Counted from the stretch's first letter, positions 27,559-38,562 are shown. The stretch is 64,000 nucleotides of DNA from Thermodesulfovibrionales bacterium (GCA_963715195.1 CAVQRT010000014.1:1-64000), one strand, 5' to 3'. Notes: a model not told the origin generated them from the sequence alone. Numbers and translations: made by a program.

Positions 27559-27717
27559 GTGGACAAGAGGGTGATACAGAAGAATCCCTGCCCGGACTGT
27601 ACTTTTTGTCAGCAATGCTGCAATTCCCGCTGCAATATCTGCCGGCCTCAGCACCGTAAGAAAAGTGAGAAGGACAAAAAGCCAAAAATACACAGACCCC
27701 TCTTCCTCAAATTCTGA
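27559..27717 (+). CDS. small cysteine-rich protein
   Basis: KNPCPDCTFCQQCCNSRCNIC, 7 Cys in 18 aa; TATAAT just upstream of the GTG; start uncertain. Confidence 0.55.
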   Translation: MDKRVIQKNPCPDCTFCQQCCNSRCNICRPQHRKKSEKDKKPKIHRPLFLKF

Positions 27718-27935
27718 CGACCGGTGGGCATGATATGATGGATGCATGTTCCCTGTCTTCCCAGGCAATAACCTCTGGCAATATCTGAGAGAAAATTATA
27801 CAATAGCGGCATTATTTTCCTGTCAGTTTGTCGTACAATATGGTTTACAAAAGGGGGTGATGACAGAACAGGATTTTTATTTCCATTCAAATATAACCGG
27901 CAAGACAGAACTGACCAAAAATGAAGGAGGGAACG

Positions 27936-28727
27936 ATGATAAGAAAATACGGTTGTGTTATTTTTGCACTTTTCATGATAATCAGCATAGTCGGATGTAA
28001 GCAGGAAGAAAAGCCCGCTGAAAAACCTGCTGGAGAGGTGAAACACGAAGTTCACTGGGGATACGAGGGAGAAGGTGCACCTGCGAACTGGGGAAACTTA
28101 AAACCGGAATTTGCACTGTGCGGAACCGGGCAATCGCAATCTCCCATTGATATTGGAAAAACATACAAGACCGCATTGGAACCCGTCGGTTTTGCCTATG
28201 CGCAGACTCCATTGAAAATTATTAATAATGGTCATGCTGTACAGGTAAACGTTGAACCAGGGAGTTCCGCTATGATAGACGGAGAAAAATATGAATTGCT
28301 CCAGTTCCACTTCCACGCACCGAGCGAGCATACGGTAAAAGGCAATTTCTATGATATGGAAATGCATCTGGTGCATAAGCATGAAAACGGAGACCTGGCA
28401 GTGGTGGGCGTGATGCTGAAGAAGGGACAGACGAATAAAATCATTCAGGTGCTCTGGGACAATCTTCCGAAGGAAGTCAATATGGAAAATGTCGTGAGCG
28501 GGATATCGGTTGATGCTACCGGTCTTCTGCCGAAAGACCACAGTGCCTTTCACTATTATGGTTCTCTAACCACCCCGCCCTGCAGTGAAGGCGTCAACTG
28601 GACTGTTTTGAAAACACCGATAGAGGTCTCCGAAGAGCAGATTCAGATGTTCCAGGCACTGATGGGTGTGGCAAACAACAGGCCTGTACAGGCTGTCAAT
28701 AAGAGATTCGTACTGGAGTCGAAGTAG
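27936..28727 (+). CDS. alpha-class carbonic anhydrase, lipoprotein
   Basis: Lipobox IVGC; HWGY, QSPIDI, NNGH, QFHFH..SEH, EMHLVH, GSLTTPPCSEGVNW. Confidence 0.94.
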   Translation: MIRKYGCVIFALFMIISIVGCKQEEKPAEKPAGEVKHEVHWGYEGEGAPANWGNLKPEFALCGTGQSQSPIDIGKTYKTALEPVGFAYAQTPLKIINNGHAVQVNVEPGSSAMIDGEKYELLQFHFHAPSEHTVKGNFYDMEMHLVHKHENGDLAVVGVMLKKGQTNKIIQVLWDNLPKEVNMENVVSGISVDATGLLPKDHSAFHYYGSLTTPPCSEGVNWTVLKTPIEVSEEQIQMFQALMGVANNRPVQAVNKRFVLESK

Positions 28728-28771
28728 CAGGATATTTCATACACCCGCGAAGTAATCGTTCATCTTGATAG

Positions 28772-28809
28772 AACTCCCCCCTCTCGATCCGGGAGGGGGG
28801 AGTTGCTTT
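28772..28809 (+). terminator. strong hairpin/terminator after the carbonic anhydrase gene
   Basis: AACTCCCCCCTCT-CGATCC-GGGAGGGGGGAGTT; weak U tail. Confidence 0.6.
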
Positions 28810-28887
28810 AACCGGCAACTGCAGACACTCTTCAAAAGATGGTTTTTCTTACAAGACCTGCATTTTTTTGAATCGGATAGTGAGCGC

Positions 28888-28983
28888 ATTCCTCGCAGCT
28901 TGCTGCGGGGTTAGCGAGCGAATATGGAAATAATAACTCCTTGCGATAAGATACCTCGCAGCTCTGCTGCGGGGTTCTTCATT
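28888..28983. mobile_element. IS200/IS605-like non-autonomous remnant (two directly repeated hairpins)
   Basis: CCTCGCAGCTTGCTGCGGGG at 28891 and CCTCGCAGCTCTGCTGCGGGG at 28954, ending TTCTTCAT; no transposase. Confidence 0.55.
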
Positions 28984-29099
28984 TAACCCTGATTATTCAT
29001 AAACTGTGATGCCTTGACAGGACAAAGTGTTTTCGCTCATTCTCGGTCTTCGACCTCCGAGGAATTTTGCCTCATTATTAGTGAATCAGGCGGGGGGTT

Positions 29100-29555
29100 C
29101 TACAGCTTCCTGATTCTCTCGATGATGTCAGTTGTCGATATGCCCTCAATATAGGGGATGCTGAGTGTTTCTTTTGCAATGTCAGAACCGATGATATCTT
29201 CTTTCTTCCAGTCCCCGCCTTTTACCAGGACATCAGGTTGTATGAGTGTGATCAATTCATAGGGAGTTGCCTCATTAAACAGGGTCACGTAGTCGACCAT
29301 TTCGAGTGATGAGAGGACTTCTGCCCGCTGGTCCTGAGGCGTAACCGGTCTCCCCGGTTTTATGAGAGAGACAGACTTGTCTGAATTCAGTCCGACGACC
29401 AGCACATCGCCGAGTTTTTTCGCCGCTCTGAGACACCGGATATGACCGATATGGATGAGGTCAAAACATCCATTCGTAAAAACAATCTTTCGCCCCTCTG
29501 TTTTCAGACGGTGAAGAGTTGATTGCAGATCGTCCGAGTTTAGTATCCTACCCAT
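29100..29555 (-). CDS. rfaE2: D-glycero-beta-D-manno-heptose 1-phosphate adenylyltransferase
   Basis: VFTNGCFDLIHIGH, VGLNSD.SV, PDVLVKGGDW, STT.II. Confidence 0.92.
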   Translation of the reverse strand: MGRILNSDDLQSTLHRLKTEGRKIVFTNGCFDLIHIGHIRCLRAAKKLGDVLVVGLNSDKSVSLIKPGRPVTPQDQRAEVLSSLEMVDYVTLFNEATPYELITLIQPDVLVKGGDWKKEDIIGSDIAKETLSIPYIEGISTTDIIERIRKL

Positions 29556-29579
29556 CTTGCCTACAACGTCATTGATCCA

Positions 29580-30650
29580 TTATGGAAAGGTTTTGCCGGT
29601 TATCAACCGCATGACATCATTGTAAAGTACAACGGCCATGAGCGTAAGGAGGAGGGCAAGTCCGATCCGTTGGCTGACAGCAATAACCTTCTCGTTGAGG
29701 GGTTTCTTCCGTATCGCTTCGATGCCCAAGAATACGAGGTGTCCGCCATCGAGTATCGGAATGGGAAGCAGGTTCAGCACCCCGAGATTGATATTGATTA
29801 TTGCCATGAATACAAAGAAGTTCAGTACGCCTTGTGAGGCCTGCTGGCCTGCCATCTGGACGATCAGAATCGGGCCTCCCACCGTGTCCATGGGAATCAC
29901 CCGCTGGATAAGTTTCACGATGGATACAACAGTTAACACACACATTTCTCCTGTCCTGACGATGCTGTCAGTCAAAGCCTGAAGAACGGTTGTTCTTTTT
30001 ATGAATGTGCTTCCTGAAGGTTTAATCCCTATCAATCCGACCTCTCTGCTTTCACCAAAAATATCCGGTATATTTTTCCTGTCAGGGACAATTGGTATCT
30101 GCAGGAGCCGCGAGTCTCTTTCGATTTCGAGGTTCAGTGTTTTGCCGGGATTTCCATGAATTATCTCTGTCATTTCTTCCCACTGGGTTACGGGAATCCC
30201 GTCGATCCTGATAATCCTGTCACCTTTCGTGAGCCTGGCCTTTTCCGCCGGGGTGTCCGGCATGACTTCCCCGATTTGAGGGATCAGAACAGGGAGACCT
30301 TTCACGAAAACAAAGAAGAAGATTATTGCGGCAAAGAGAATATTGAAAAGCGGACCGGAAAAAACGATCAGAAACCGTTTCCAGACTTCCTGGAAATTAT
30401 ACGCAAAGGGTTTATCCGCGTCGCTCATCTCATCTCCCGGTGTCTCACCGAGCATTTTTACGTATCCCCCAAGAGGTATTGCAGAGATGCGGTATTCGGT
30501 ATCACCGAATTGTTTGCCTATGAGTTTTGGCCCGAACCCGAGGGAGAATTTTAATACCCTGACTCCCATCAGTTTTGCGAAAAGGAAATGCCCGAGCTCA
30601 TGGACAAAGATAATGACGCCGAGCAGAATGATTGCTGAAATTAATGACAT
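29580..30650 (-). CDS. rseP: RIP metalloprotease RseP
   Basis: HELGH, PLGGYVKM, PDZ domain, NLLPIPILDGG. Confidence 0.95.
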   Translation of the reverse strand: MSLISAIILLGVIIFVHELGHFLFAKLMGVRVLKFSLGFGPKLIGKQFGDTEYRISAIPLGGYVKMLGETPGDEMSDADKPFAYNFQEVWKRFLIVFSGPLFNILFAAIIFFFVFVKGLPVLIPQIGEVMPDTPAEKARLTKGDRIIRIDGIPVTQWEEMTEIIHGNPGKTLNLEIERDSRLLQIPIVPDRKNIPDIFGESREVGLIGIKPSGSTFIKRTTVLQALTDSIVRTGEMCVLTVVSIVKLIQRVIPMDTVGGPILIVQMAGQQASQGVLNFFVFMAIININLGVLNLLPIPILDGGHLVFLGIEAIRKKPLNEKVIAVSQRIGLALLLTLMAVVLYNDVMRLITGKTFP

Positions 30651-30702
30651 ACGTTGACTCCTGAAATAGTATTCATAGTTGCCTGCATATTGCCTGTATT
30701 TT

Positions 30703-31869
30703 CTATGATAACGTTTTGATTACTCTTTCTGCTGTTCTTCTTGCCCACCGGTCAGCCTCTGTAATAACATGAAGCTCTGTGTCCGGTCCGGCCACATGCT
30801 TATCCATCGTTTCCTTGATAACCACCGGGATCTCTGTGAACCTGATGATCCCTTTCAGAAACGCATTCACTGCAATTTCATCGGCAGCATTGAGCACACA
30901 CGGCATTGTGCCGCCTGTCTCTAAAGCCCTGTACGCGTATGAAAGGCACGGGAACGAAATTCCCCCCGGTTGTTTGAAGGTCAGGGTCCCGATTTCGTGG
31001 AGCGAAAGTCCGTCGATAACGTTATCGATCCGCTGTGGGTAGGTCAGAGCATATGCGATAGGACCTTTCATGTCGGGAACCGAAAGCTGTGCAATGCAGC
31101 TCCTGTCGTTGAATTCGACGACGGAATGCACGATGCTCTGCGGATGAATAACCACATGAATGCTCTGACGGGGAAGACCGAAGAGATGATGGGCTTCGAT
31201 CACCTCAAATCCCTTATTCATGAGCGTTGCAGAATCGATGGTTATCTTTTTCCCCATTTTCCATCTCGGATGTTTCAGCGCCTCCTCCGGGGTTATGGCA
31301 CCCATGTCGGCGGGTCGTCTTTCTGCAAACGGGCCGCCTGAAGCGGTCAGGATGATACTTCTCAGCGCAGATTTCCGGTGGCCTTCGATGCATTGGAATA
31401 CCGCGCTGTGTTCACTGTCAACAGGAATGATCCTCGCACGGCACCGCTTTGCTTCGCTCATGAGAATTCTGCCTGCCATTACCAGCGCCTCTTTATTTGC
31501 GAGGCCGATCGTTTTTCCTGAACGCACTGCAGACAGGGTCGGAATGAGCCCTGCCGCTCCGACAATCGCGGAAAGGACAAAGTCCGAGGCCTCATATGCA
31601 GCAGCATCAGCGATGCCGTCCTGGCCAGACACGATTTTTGATAAAGAAGCACGCTTTTTCCCGATTCTCTTTTTTAACTGGTTTTCAGCCTCTTTGTCGG
31701 CAACAGCCACAACATCGGGAGAAAAAGATTCCATTTGTTTGTCGAGAAGGGCGACGTTGCTTCCCGCGGTCAGTACGGTTACCCTGAACCGGTCCCGGTG
31801 TGAGGATATGATATCGAGGGCGTTCCTCCCGATTGATCCTGTTGACCCGAGAATTGCTATATGTCTCAT
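30703..31869 (-). CDS. dxr: 1-deoxy-D-xylulose 5-phosphate reductoisomerase
   Basis: LGSTGSIG, LANKEAL, PVDSEH, LTASGGPF, MGKKITIDSATLMNKG. Confidence 0.96.
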   Translation of the reverse strand: MRHIAILGSTGSIGRNALDIISSHRDRFRVTVLTAGSNVALLDKQMESFSPDVVAVADKEAENQLKKRIGKKRASLSKIVSGQDGIADAAAYEASDFVLSAIVGAAGLIPTLSAVRSGKTIGLANKEALVMAGRILMSEAKRCRARIIPVDSEHSAVFQCIEGHRKSALRSIILTASGGPFAERRPADMGAITPEEALKHPRWKMGKKITIDSATLMNKGFEVIEAHHLFGLPRQSIHVVIHPQSIVHSVVEFNDRSCIAQLSVPDMKGPIAYALTYPQRIDNVIDGLSLHEIGTLTFKQPGGISFPCLSYAYRALETGGTMPCVLNAADEIAVNAFLKGIIRFTEIPVVIKETMDKHVAGPDTELHVITEADRWARRTAERVIKTLS

Positions 31870-31940
31870 GGGGGAAATAGGCCGGATTCAGAGAATGAAA
31901 AGCGCCGGTAATCTCCGTTGTGTAGCCTTGCCATGACGCT

Positions 31941-32723
31941 CTATGCGAACCCTTTCACGATCCAGTACAGGAATGGTCCTGCAAACAGGGAACCGTCGAT
32001 TTTATCCAGGATGCCTCCGTGTCCGGGGATGATGGTGCCCGAATCCTTAACCCCTGCATCCCTTTTAAACATGGATTCTACGAGATCGCCTAGTATAGAG
32101 ATTATTCCCACCATTATACCAATGAAAATTGCCGGTACGACGTGCAGCTGAGGGACTATCAGAATGCGCAGGACAAGAGCTCCTGCAATGCCTCCGATAA
32201 CAGAACCTCCTGCGCCGGCGACAGTCTTATTCGGACTCACTTCCCTGTAGAGCCTGCGCTTTCCGATGCCCTTGCCAATATAGTATGCCAGTGAGTCAGA
32301 TGCCCAGACTGTTGCGTAGAGGAAGAGTATCCATTCAGGTCCGATATGCCTAAGCTGCCCCTGAAAGGTGAGTAATCCGGGTATATAGATAAGGCCGATA
32401 ACCGGAGGGGCCAGCTCAGAAAGAGAGGAGGAAGGGTCTTTTTTCAGCAGGAGCCTCAAGACCATGATTGCCATTGCAGCAACCATGACGGCATCGGAAA
32501 AGTATTCGGCCGCAAAAAAGGAAACACTGAGGATTGCCGATCCCGACAGGAGACAGGCATATTTCATCGGCACGTCAAGACGGTACATGGCGCAAAATTC
32601 AGAGAGCGCAACAAACGAGACAGCGAGAAGAAGAAAGAAGAAGAATATCGGCGGCAGGTACATGATGTAGAGATAGAAGAGGGGAAGAAAAATAAAGGCT
32701 ACAACCAGTCTCTTACTGTGCAT
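31941..32723 (-). CDS. cdsA: phosphatidate cytidylyltransferase
   Basis: VSPNKT, GDLVESMFKRDAGVKDSG.IIPGHGGILD. Confidence 0.95.
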   Translation of the reverse strand: MHSKRLVVAFIFLPLFYLYIMYLPPIFFFFLLLAVSFVALSEFCAMYRLDVPMKYACLLSGSAILSVSFFAAEYFSDAVMVAAMAIMVLRLLLKKDPSSSLSELAPPVIGLIYIPGLLTFQGQLRHIGPEWILFLYATVWASDSLAYYIGKGIGKRRLYREVSPNKTVAGAGGSVIGGIAGALVLRILIVPQLHVVPAIFIGIMVGIISILGDLVESMFKRDAGVKDSGTIIPGHGGILDKIDGSLFAGPFLYWIVKGFA

Positions 32724-33432
32724 CTAACCTCGCCGGGATCGCACCGAACCTCCGCTCCCTCTGCTGGTAGTCCTGTATTGCGAGGAGGAATTCATCCTTC
32801 GAAAAATCGGGCCAGAGGGTCTCAGTAAAATAGAGTTCTGCATAGGCAGCCTGCCAGAGGAGGAAATTGCTGATGCGCTTTTCCCCGCTTGTTCTGATAA
32901 TCAGGTCAGGCGGGGGGATGCCGGCGGTGTCGAGAAAAGAACTGAATACCTCTTCGGTCAGTGCATCCGCTACAATACCGGAACGGAGAATTTTCCTGAC
33001 TGCCCTGACGATTTCGTTTCTTCCGCTATAACTGAGTGCTGTGACGAGTATCATGCCGTTATTCGAGGATGTCTTCTCCTCGGCATGTTTAATGACGCTT
33101 TGAATGTGTTCAGGAAGCCTCCATATCTCTCCGATAGCCCTGAACACTATACCGTCCCGCATCAATCTGTCGAGTTCTTTTTTCAGATATACTTCGAGGA
33201 GCTTCATAAGGGTCGACACTTCCGCAGACGGCCTCTGCCAGTTCTCTGTTGAAAAGGCATACAGTGTCAAGGACCTGAGTCCCAGTTCAGCAGCGCATTC
33301 AATAATTTCTTTCGACCGCTCCGCGCCCCGCCGGTGCCCTTCGATTCTCGGGAGACCCCGCAGTTCAGCCCATCTTCCGTTCCCGTCCATGATAATCCCG
33401 ACATGATGAGGTATTCGGCCGGTGAGTAACAT
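32713..33432 (-). CDS. uppS: undecaprenyl diphosphate synthase
   Basis: IIMDGNGRWA, YAFSTENW.R, IRTSGE.RISNFLLWQ. Confidence 0.96.
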   Translation of the reverse strand: MLLTGRIPHHVGIIMDGNGRWAELRGLPRIEGHRRGAERSKEIIECAAELGLRSLTLYAFSTENWQRPSAEVSTLMKLLEVYLKKELDRLMRDGIVFRAIGEIWRLPEHIQSVIKHAEEKTSSNNGMILVTALSYSGRNEIVRAVRKILRSGIVADALTEEVFSSFLDTAGIPPPDLIIRTSGEKRISNFLLWQAAYAELYFTETLWPDFSKDEFLLAIQDYQQRERRFGAIPARLDAQ

Positions 33433-33440
33433 TCAGCTCC

Positions 33441-35186
33441 TCAGATTCCTTTCAAGGGGTAGACAGAGAGTTCCTTTTTTACCAGGTTTTCACCCTTCAA
33501 AATATTCCCTGCCCTTATGCCGAATAAGGGACTGGCAAGAACAAAGATATTATCGCTCGTAACCGCATAATCCATGATGGTGCCGTCTACTCCGTCTACA
33601 ACGATGCTTTCTTCCATGGAAAAACCATTCCACCGCAGGCTGCGTATCCGGGATTTCTTATAGCCGAACCCTTTTATCATATCCAGGAAAGGTATCCTTT
33701 GCACGTAGAGGATATCCTGTTGCCTGAAAAGCAGCCTGTCTTTCACCGACCATTCACCCCGGTCAACCATTGCCGAAGAGGCATCCTTCCGGAATGTTGT
33801 CAGAAAATTTCCCGCGGCAGTTTTGCTTTTCCAGAGCTTCAGCCCATTTTTGTCGTATACCGTGAAGTAACCCTTTTCATCATATGCGAGCAACAGCCTG
33901 CCCGCCTCCGGATCTTCGAAGAATATGAAATCATAAATATTGACGCCTCCGGGTAATGTGAGGGCATCACCTTTTTTCAAGGTCCCTTCCCATGAGAGAT
34001 TGAATACATCACCGTCGAATCCGAGATGGCGTGAATACGGCTGGGCAAAAAGCTTATCGCCTATTTTCCTCATGAACACATTGTCCTGGTAGAGCAGAAT
34101 AAATGCTTTTCCGTCGTATTCATAAATCGAAGATGTAATATCATCACTCTTCATTGTTGGTTCATTATTAGACATGACAGTGGACCCCTTCATTGATGTG
34201 ACAATGATCTCATCCTTGCCGTTTTTATTGATGTCTGCGGAATCAATCCAAATATGATGATCACGGGTAGACCCCTGAATGGTAATCCCTCCGAGCGCCG
34301 GATGCAGGTCTCTGTCCAGTGCATAGACAATGAGATCTGTGCCCGTGCTGAAGATCAGTTCTTTTTTTCCGTCTCCGTCGACATCGCACATGATGAGGAA
34401 CTTTGCTGCAGCCGGCACATCGAACTGTGTAAGGGGCTGGTGCTTCTCAACGGTGAAAAATTTCTCGCCGATGGAAAGTTCTTTTTCGAGAGCCTGATCG
34501 ATTTTCGCCTCCATCGATCCGATCTGCAGCCCGTCGGATACCCAGTAAAGCTTCTGCGTAAGGAATATCTCATCCCCTGTCTTTTTCGTGCTTACAAGAA
34601 GCGCCACGTCGGCGTTCAGCCGCCTGGCCTCTTCGAGAACTTCTTCCGGTTTGTCGGTCTCAAGAGCAGTGTCGATGATCTGAACCCTTCCGGTATCTTT
34701 TAGTCTCCGGTAATAATACTCAGCCAATTGCCAGTCGGTATCCCTGGATTGACAGAAGAGGAGGTTAATCTTGAGTCCGGATATCCTAACCGTATCACCT
34801 GCTTTTGCATCACCTTCGATAATGATGCCGGTGAATGCATCTTCAGTGGCTTCCTTCACCTGCAGCTTGCCGACAAGTGATTCAAGGTTTCCGAGCAGTT
34901 CTTTGGTAACGGGGTGTCTGAAGGGCGCTTCTTTTCTCAGGATCTGAAACCTCATACCCGTCTTTACAGAATCTTTTGCGCCTATATTTACAGCAACCTG
35001 TTTTCCCTCAACTGAAAGAATGCTCCCTTGCAGGGGCTTGAAATAGGAGGTGGTTGCATCAAGCATGGTATCTATTGCACGGTCTTCTGCATGCACGGCA
35101 GGGCAGGCGCAGTGCAGGACGAGCAACAGAAACATGCACCTGAGCAGCCTCCGTCCTGTCTGAAGTATGATCGGGACAAACAGCAT
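33441..35186 (-). CDS. exported FG-GAP/VCBS-repeat protein
   Basis: Signal-like N-terminus; FRHPVTKE.LG; DVDGDGKKEL and DINKNGKDEI repeats; start uncertain. Confidence 0.75.
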   Translation of the reverse strand: MLFVPIILQTGRRLLRCMFLLLVLHCACPAVHAEDRAIDTMLDATTSYFKPLQGSILSVEGKQVAVNIGAKDSVKTGMRFQILRKEAPFRHPVTKELLGNLESLVGKLQVKEATEDAFTGIIIEGDAKAGDTVRISGLKINLLFCQSRDTDWQLAEYYYRRLKDTGRVQIIDTALETDKPEEVLEEARRLNADVALLVSTKKTGDEIFLTQKLYWVSDGLQIGSMEAKIDQALEKELSIGEKFFTVEKHQPLTQFDVPAAAKFLIMCDVDGDGKKELIFSTGTDLIVYALDRDLHPALGGITIQGSTRDHHIWIDSADINKNGKDEIIVTSMKGSTVMSNNEPTMKSDDITSSIYEYDGKAFILLYQDNVFMRKIGDKLFAQPYSRHLGFDGDVFNLSWEGTLKKGDALTLPGGVNIYDFIFFEDPEAGRLLLAYDEKGYFTVYDKNGLKLWKSKTAAGNFLTTFRKDASSAMVDRGEWSVKDRLLFRQQDILYVQRIPFLDMIKGFGYKKSRIRSLRWNGFSMEESIVVDGVDGTIMDYAVTSDNIFVLASPLFGIRAGNILKGENLVKKELSVYPLKGI

Positions 35187-35192
35187 CGGGTA

Positions 35193-35606
35193 TTATACCT
35201 TCCCGGCCTCTTTTGCGAGACGGTCGAGAATGCCATTCAAAAAAGCGGCTGCCTCGATGGAGGAATACTTTTTGGCAATTTCGAGTGCCTCGTTTATGGT
35301 GACAGCAGACGGGATATCCTCTCTGTAAAGGATTTCATATGCGGAGAACCTGAGGATATTCCTGTCAACGGCTGCAATTCTTTTCAGTATCCAGTTTTCA
35401 GCAACTTTTTCGATCATTGCATCTATCTTGTCGAGGTTTTGTAGGGTTCCCTGTACCAGTTCCACGGCAAAATCTTTCACATCACTCTGTTTATTCTTGT
35501 CCGACCAGAATTCATCAAAGATTTTCTTTTCATCGTATGGCCTTCCGGTAAAATCCAGCTGAAACAACAGTTGGAGTGCAAACTCCCTCGCCTTGCGCCG
35601 CTTCAT
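35193..35606 (-). CDS. nusB: transcription antitermination factor NusB
   Basis: RRKAREFALQ, DRNILR, INEALEIAK, FLNGILD. Confidence 0.95.
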   Translation of the reverse strand: MKRRKAREFALQLLFQLDFTGRPYDEKKIFDEFWSDKNKQSDVKDFAVELVQGTLQNLDKIDAMIEKVAENWILKRIAAVDRNILRFSAYEILYREDIPSAVTINEALEIAKKYSSIEAAAFLNGILDRLAKEAGKV

Positions 35607-35695
35607 GATTCAGCAGGCAGGAGTCGGGAAGCAGCAGACACGTGCCACCATATTTTACTCCCCGTAATCTGTCCGCCGGGTACACAATGCAGATT

Positions 35696-36157
35696 TCATA
35701 GTTTTTTCTGGAGTTGAGCCATCTCGATGGCGGTGACAGCGGCATCCCAGCCCTTGTTGCCGCTTTTTGTGCCGGCCCTTTCCACCGCCTGTTCGATGGT
35801 ATCGCTGGTGATGATGCCGAATACTATCGGTACCCCTGTCTCCAGGGACACTGATGCTATGCCTTTGGAGACTTCCGCCGCGATATATTCGAAATGAGGC
35901 GTCGCTCCCCTGATGATCGTTCCGAGACAAATTACGGCATTATACGTTCCCTTCAGAGCCATCTTTCTGGCAATAAGGGGAATCTCAAAAGAACCGGGAA
36001 CTTTTACCAGGTCGATGTCATCTTCCCGCGCACCATGCCTCACCAGTGCATCTTTTGCGCCCTCAAGCAGCTTGCCGGTAATAAATTCGTTAAATCTGCT
36101 CATGACAATCCCGAACTTCAGCCCCTTTGCCTGCAACTCGCCTTCAAATATTTTCAT
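35696..36157 (-). CDS. ribH: 6,7-dimethyl-8-ribityllumazine synthase
   Basis: [35 protein letters not shown]. Confidence 0.96.
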   Translation of the reverse strand: MKIFEGELQAKGLKFGIVMSRFNEFITGKLLEGAKDALVRHGAREDDIDLVKVPGSFEIPLIARKMALKGTYNAVICLGTIIRGATPHFEYIAAEVSKGIASVSLETGVPIVFGIITSDTIEQAVERAGTKSGNKGWDAAVTAIEMAQLQKKL

Positions 36158-36177
36158 ACAGTCCTCCATTCCCGACA

Positions 36178-36251
36178 GGGTTCGAGGATCCAGGGGTTCA
36201 TGGGTTCAAGTGATAATTTTCAATTTCTTGAACCCTCGAATCCTTAGCCCC
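36178..36251. repeat. octamer tandem-repeat element with inverted arms
   Basis: GGGTTCGA GGATCCAG GGGTTCAT GGGTTCAA GTGA ... TTGAACCC TCGAATCC TTAGCCCC. Confidence 0.8.
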
Positions 36252-36257
36252 TTTTTA

Positions 36258-37475
36258 TTACACGTTATCCAGTATATGCCCCATTTTTTTCTTCTTCGTC
36301 TTCAGATAGACAATATTTCTCTCATTAGGGTTCATTTCGATGGGGACCCTCGAGACGACCTTCAGGTTATACCCTTCGAGTCCAACAATCTTTTTAGGAT
36401 TGTTCGTCATGAGACGCATCTTTCTCACCCCGATGTCAACGAGGATCTGTGCGCCTATCCCGTAATCTCTCAGGTCCGGTTTAAATCCAAGCTTGATGTT
36501 TGCTTCGACCGTGTCGAGACCCTTGTCCTGGAGTTCATACGCCTTCAGTTTATTAATCAAACCTATCCCGCGGCCTTCCTGTTTCATATAGAGGATAACG
36601 CCCTTGCCTTCCTTCCTTATCATCTCCATAGCCTTGTGAAGCTGCTCGCCGCAGTCGCATCTCCGGGATGCGAAGACGTCTCCTGTAAGGCATTCGGAAT
36701 GCACCCTCACGAGGACTTCGTCATCAGGTTTTATCTCTCCCTTTATCAGGGCGATATGCACATTGTTGTCGATCACATTGCCATAGGCGATTGCGGTAAA
36801 ATCACCGCCGTATGTTGTCGGAAGCTTTACCGTTGCGAGTCGTTCCACAAACAACTCGGTCCTCATCCTGTATTTGATGATGTCTTTTATGGTGACGATC
36901 TTGAGATGATGTTTTTTCGAGAATTCCATTAATTCCGGTACCCTCGCCATGGTTCCATCTTCACTCATGATCTCGCAGATCACCCCGGCAACCGTAAGCC
37001 GTGCAAGCCGTGCCAGGTCAACGGAACCCTCTGTCTGTCCGGCTCTCTGCAGGACCCCGCCGGCCTTTGCCCTCAGAGGGAAGATGTGTCCCGGTTTTGC
37101 GAGGTCATCCGGCGTTGTCCGGGGATCAATCGCTGTGAGTATTGTTCTTGCCCGGTCTGATGCGGAAATCCCTGTTGTAACGCCCCGCTTCGCTTCGATT
37201 GAGACGGTGAAAGCAGTCCCGAACGGTGACGTGTTGTCGTCGGTCATCATGGGCAGTTTCAATTCTTCCACCCGCTCGGGCGTCAGGGAGAGACAGATCA
37301 GTCCCCGCCCGTATTTTGCCATAAAATTGATTGCCTCAGGTGTTACTTTTTCTGCTGCCATACAGAGGTCGCCTTCATTCTCTCTGTCTTCATCGTCAAC
37401 GAGGATGACCATCTTGCCGGCAGCTATGTCATCAAGTGCTTCTTCAATGGTATTAAATGTGTACTTCTCCATCAT
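36258..37475 (-). CDS. ribBA: bifunctional DHBP synthase / GTP cyclohydrolase II
   Basis: [42 protein letters not shown]. Confidence 0.96.
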   Translation of the reverse strand: MMEKYTFNTIEEALDDIAAGKMVILVDDEDRENEGDLCMAAEKVTPEAINFMAKYGRGLICLSLTPERVEELKLPMMTDDNTSPFGTAFTVSIEAKRGVTTGISASDRARTILTAIDPRTTPDDLAKPGHIFPLRAKAGGVLQRAGQTEGSVDLARLARLTVAGVICEIMSEDGTMARVPELMEFSKKHHLKIVTIKDIIKYRMRTELFVERLATVKLPTTYGGDFTAIAYGNVIDNNVHIALIKGEIKPDDEVLVRVHSECLTGDVFASRRCDCGEQLHKAMEMIRKEGKGVILYMKQEGRGIGLINKLKAYELQDKGLDTVEANIKLGFKPDLRDYGIGAQILVDIGVRKMRLMTNNPKKIVGLEGYNLKVVSRVPIEMNPNERNIVYLKTKKKKMGHILDNV

Positions 37476-37490
37476 TCATCTTTTCAGACA

Positions 37491-37540
37491 GGTCCAAAGG
37501 GCCGGGGATGACCGGGTGATGAGCCTTGAATCCTTTGCCC
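37491..37540. repeat. degenerate octamer element
   Basis: GGTCCAAA GGGCCGGG ... GTGA ... TTGAATCC TTTGCCCC. Confidence 0.45.
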
Positions 37541-37556
37541 CGTATATCCGCGGATC

Positions 37557-38204
37557 CTATCTGTTCAAGAATCCTCCTTTCATCAGGGTCTTCATGAAAT
37601 CTGAATCCTTTGCTTCTTCTTTCTGCAGAAATTTTGCTACGTATTTCCCCAGGATATCTGCTTCTATATTGACGGAATCGCCGGGACCTTTGAACCCCAG
37701 GGTAGTCAGTTTTGCTGTATGCGGAATAATGACCAGGGAAAACCTATTTTCCAGTATATCAACAATGGTAAGACTTATGCCATCCACGGCTACGGAACCT
37801 TTCTCAACAATGTATTGCATGATCCGGGGAGGCGCTTCAATCTCAAATTTCCACATATCCCCGATGGCGGCTCTGGAACGAATCTTCCCTACAGCATCCA
37901 CATGTCCTGTTACAAAATGTCCACCAATTTTCGAATCAGGCCTCAGTGCATGCTCAAGGTTTACCCGGTCTCCTGTTTTCAGAGTTCCAAGATTGGTGCT
38001 TCCCATCGTCTCATCAGAGAGGTCGAACGATAACGTTCTGTCCTCTTTCCTGACGACGGTGAGACAGACGCCATTGACGGCAATACTGTCACCGATATCT
38101 GCTGTTGCCGATAAATCCCCGGGGAGCAGGGTCAGCAAGGCTCCGCTGCTCCGCTTTTGTATCATCGTGATGTTTCCCATTTCGAGCACCAGGCCGGTAA
38201 ACAT
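37557..38204 (-). CDS. ribE: riboflavin synthase (alpha chain)
   Basis: MFTGLV N-terminus, [35 protein letters not shown]. Confidence 0.95.
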   Translation of the reverse strand: MFTGLVLEMGNITMIQKRSSGALLTLLPGDLSATADIGDSIAVNGVCLTVVRKEDRTLSFDLSDETMGSTNLGTLKTGDRVNLEHALRPDSKIGGHFVTGHVDAVGKIRSRAAIGDMWKFEIEAPPRIMQYIVEKGSVAVDGISLTIVDILENRFSLVIIPHTAKLTTLGFKGPGDSVNIEADILGKYVAKFLQKEEAKDSDFMKTLMKGGFLNR

Positions 38205-38205
38205 C

Positions 38206-38562
38206 TTACTCCTCGACATCAACAGTAAAGTGCAGGGTTTTCTGATACAACCCGAGTACGTCAACTGTCTCTTCCCATGACGTCTTGACGCGGACAGTTT
38301 TTGTCTTCCTTGTGACCAGAATATCCTTTTCGTCCAGAGGGAGTTTCAGTTCCTGGGCTCTTTCGAATATCTGTGCCCTTGTCTTGTCGGTATCACCAAG
38401 ACTGATCCTCGCCAATTCCTTCACATCTGACTGGAAGGCTGAATGCTTGTAATACGGAATGCCGAATTTGATACCAAGATAGATACAAAAAACAAGGATA
38501 ATTGTGACAAGGGTAAATTTGATATACCCTTCTTGATTACGGTACCCATGCATGTTCTTCAT
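38206..38562 (-). CDS. single-pass membrane protein (DUF4845-like), lepB-associated
   Basis: NQEG followed by a hydrophobic helix; overlaps the lepB stop (ATGA). Confidence 0.7.
   Translation of the reverse strand: MKNMHGYRNQEGYIKFTLVTIILVFCIYLGIKFGIPYYKHSAFQSDVKELARISLGDTDKTRAQIFERAQELKLPLDEKDILVTRKTKTVRVKTSWEETVDVLGLYQKTLHFTVDVEE

Noticed and set aside
35913..38280. Long plus-strand ORFs (339 and 443 aa)
   Set aside because: Antisense shadows of ribH, ribBA and ribE, with no recognisable motifs
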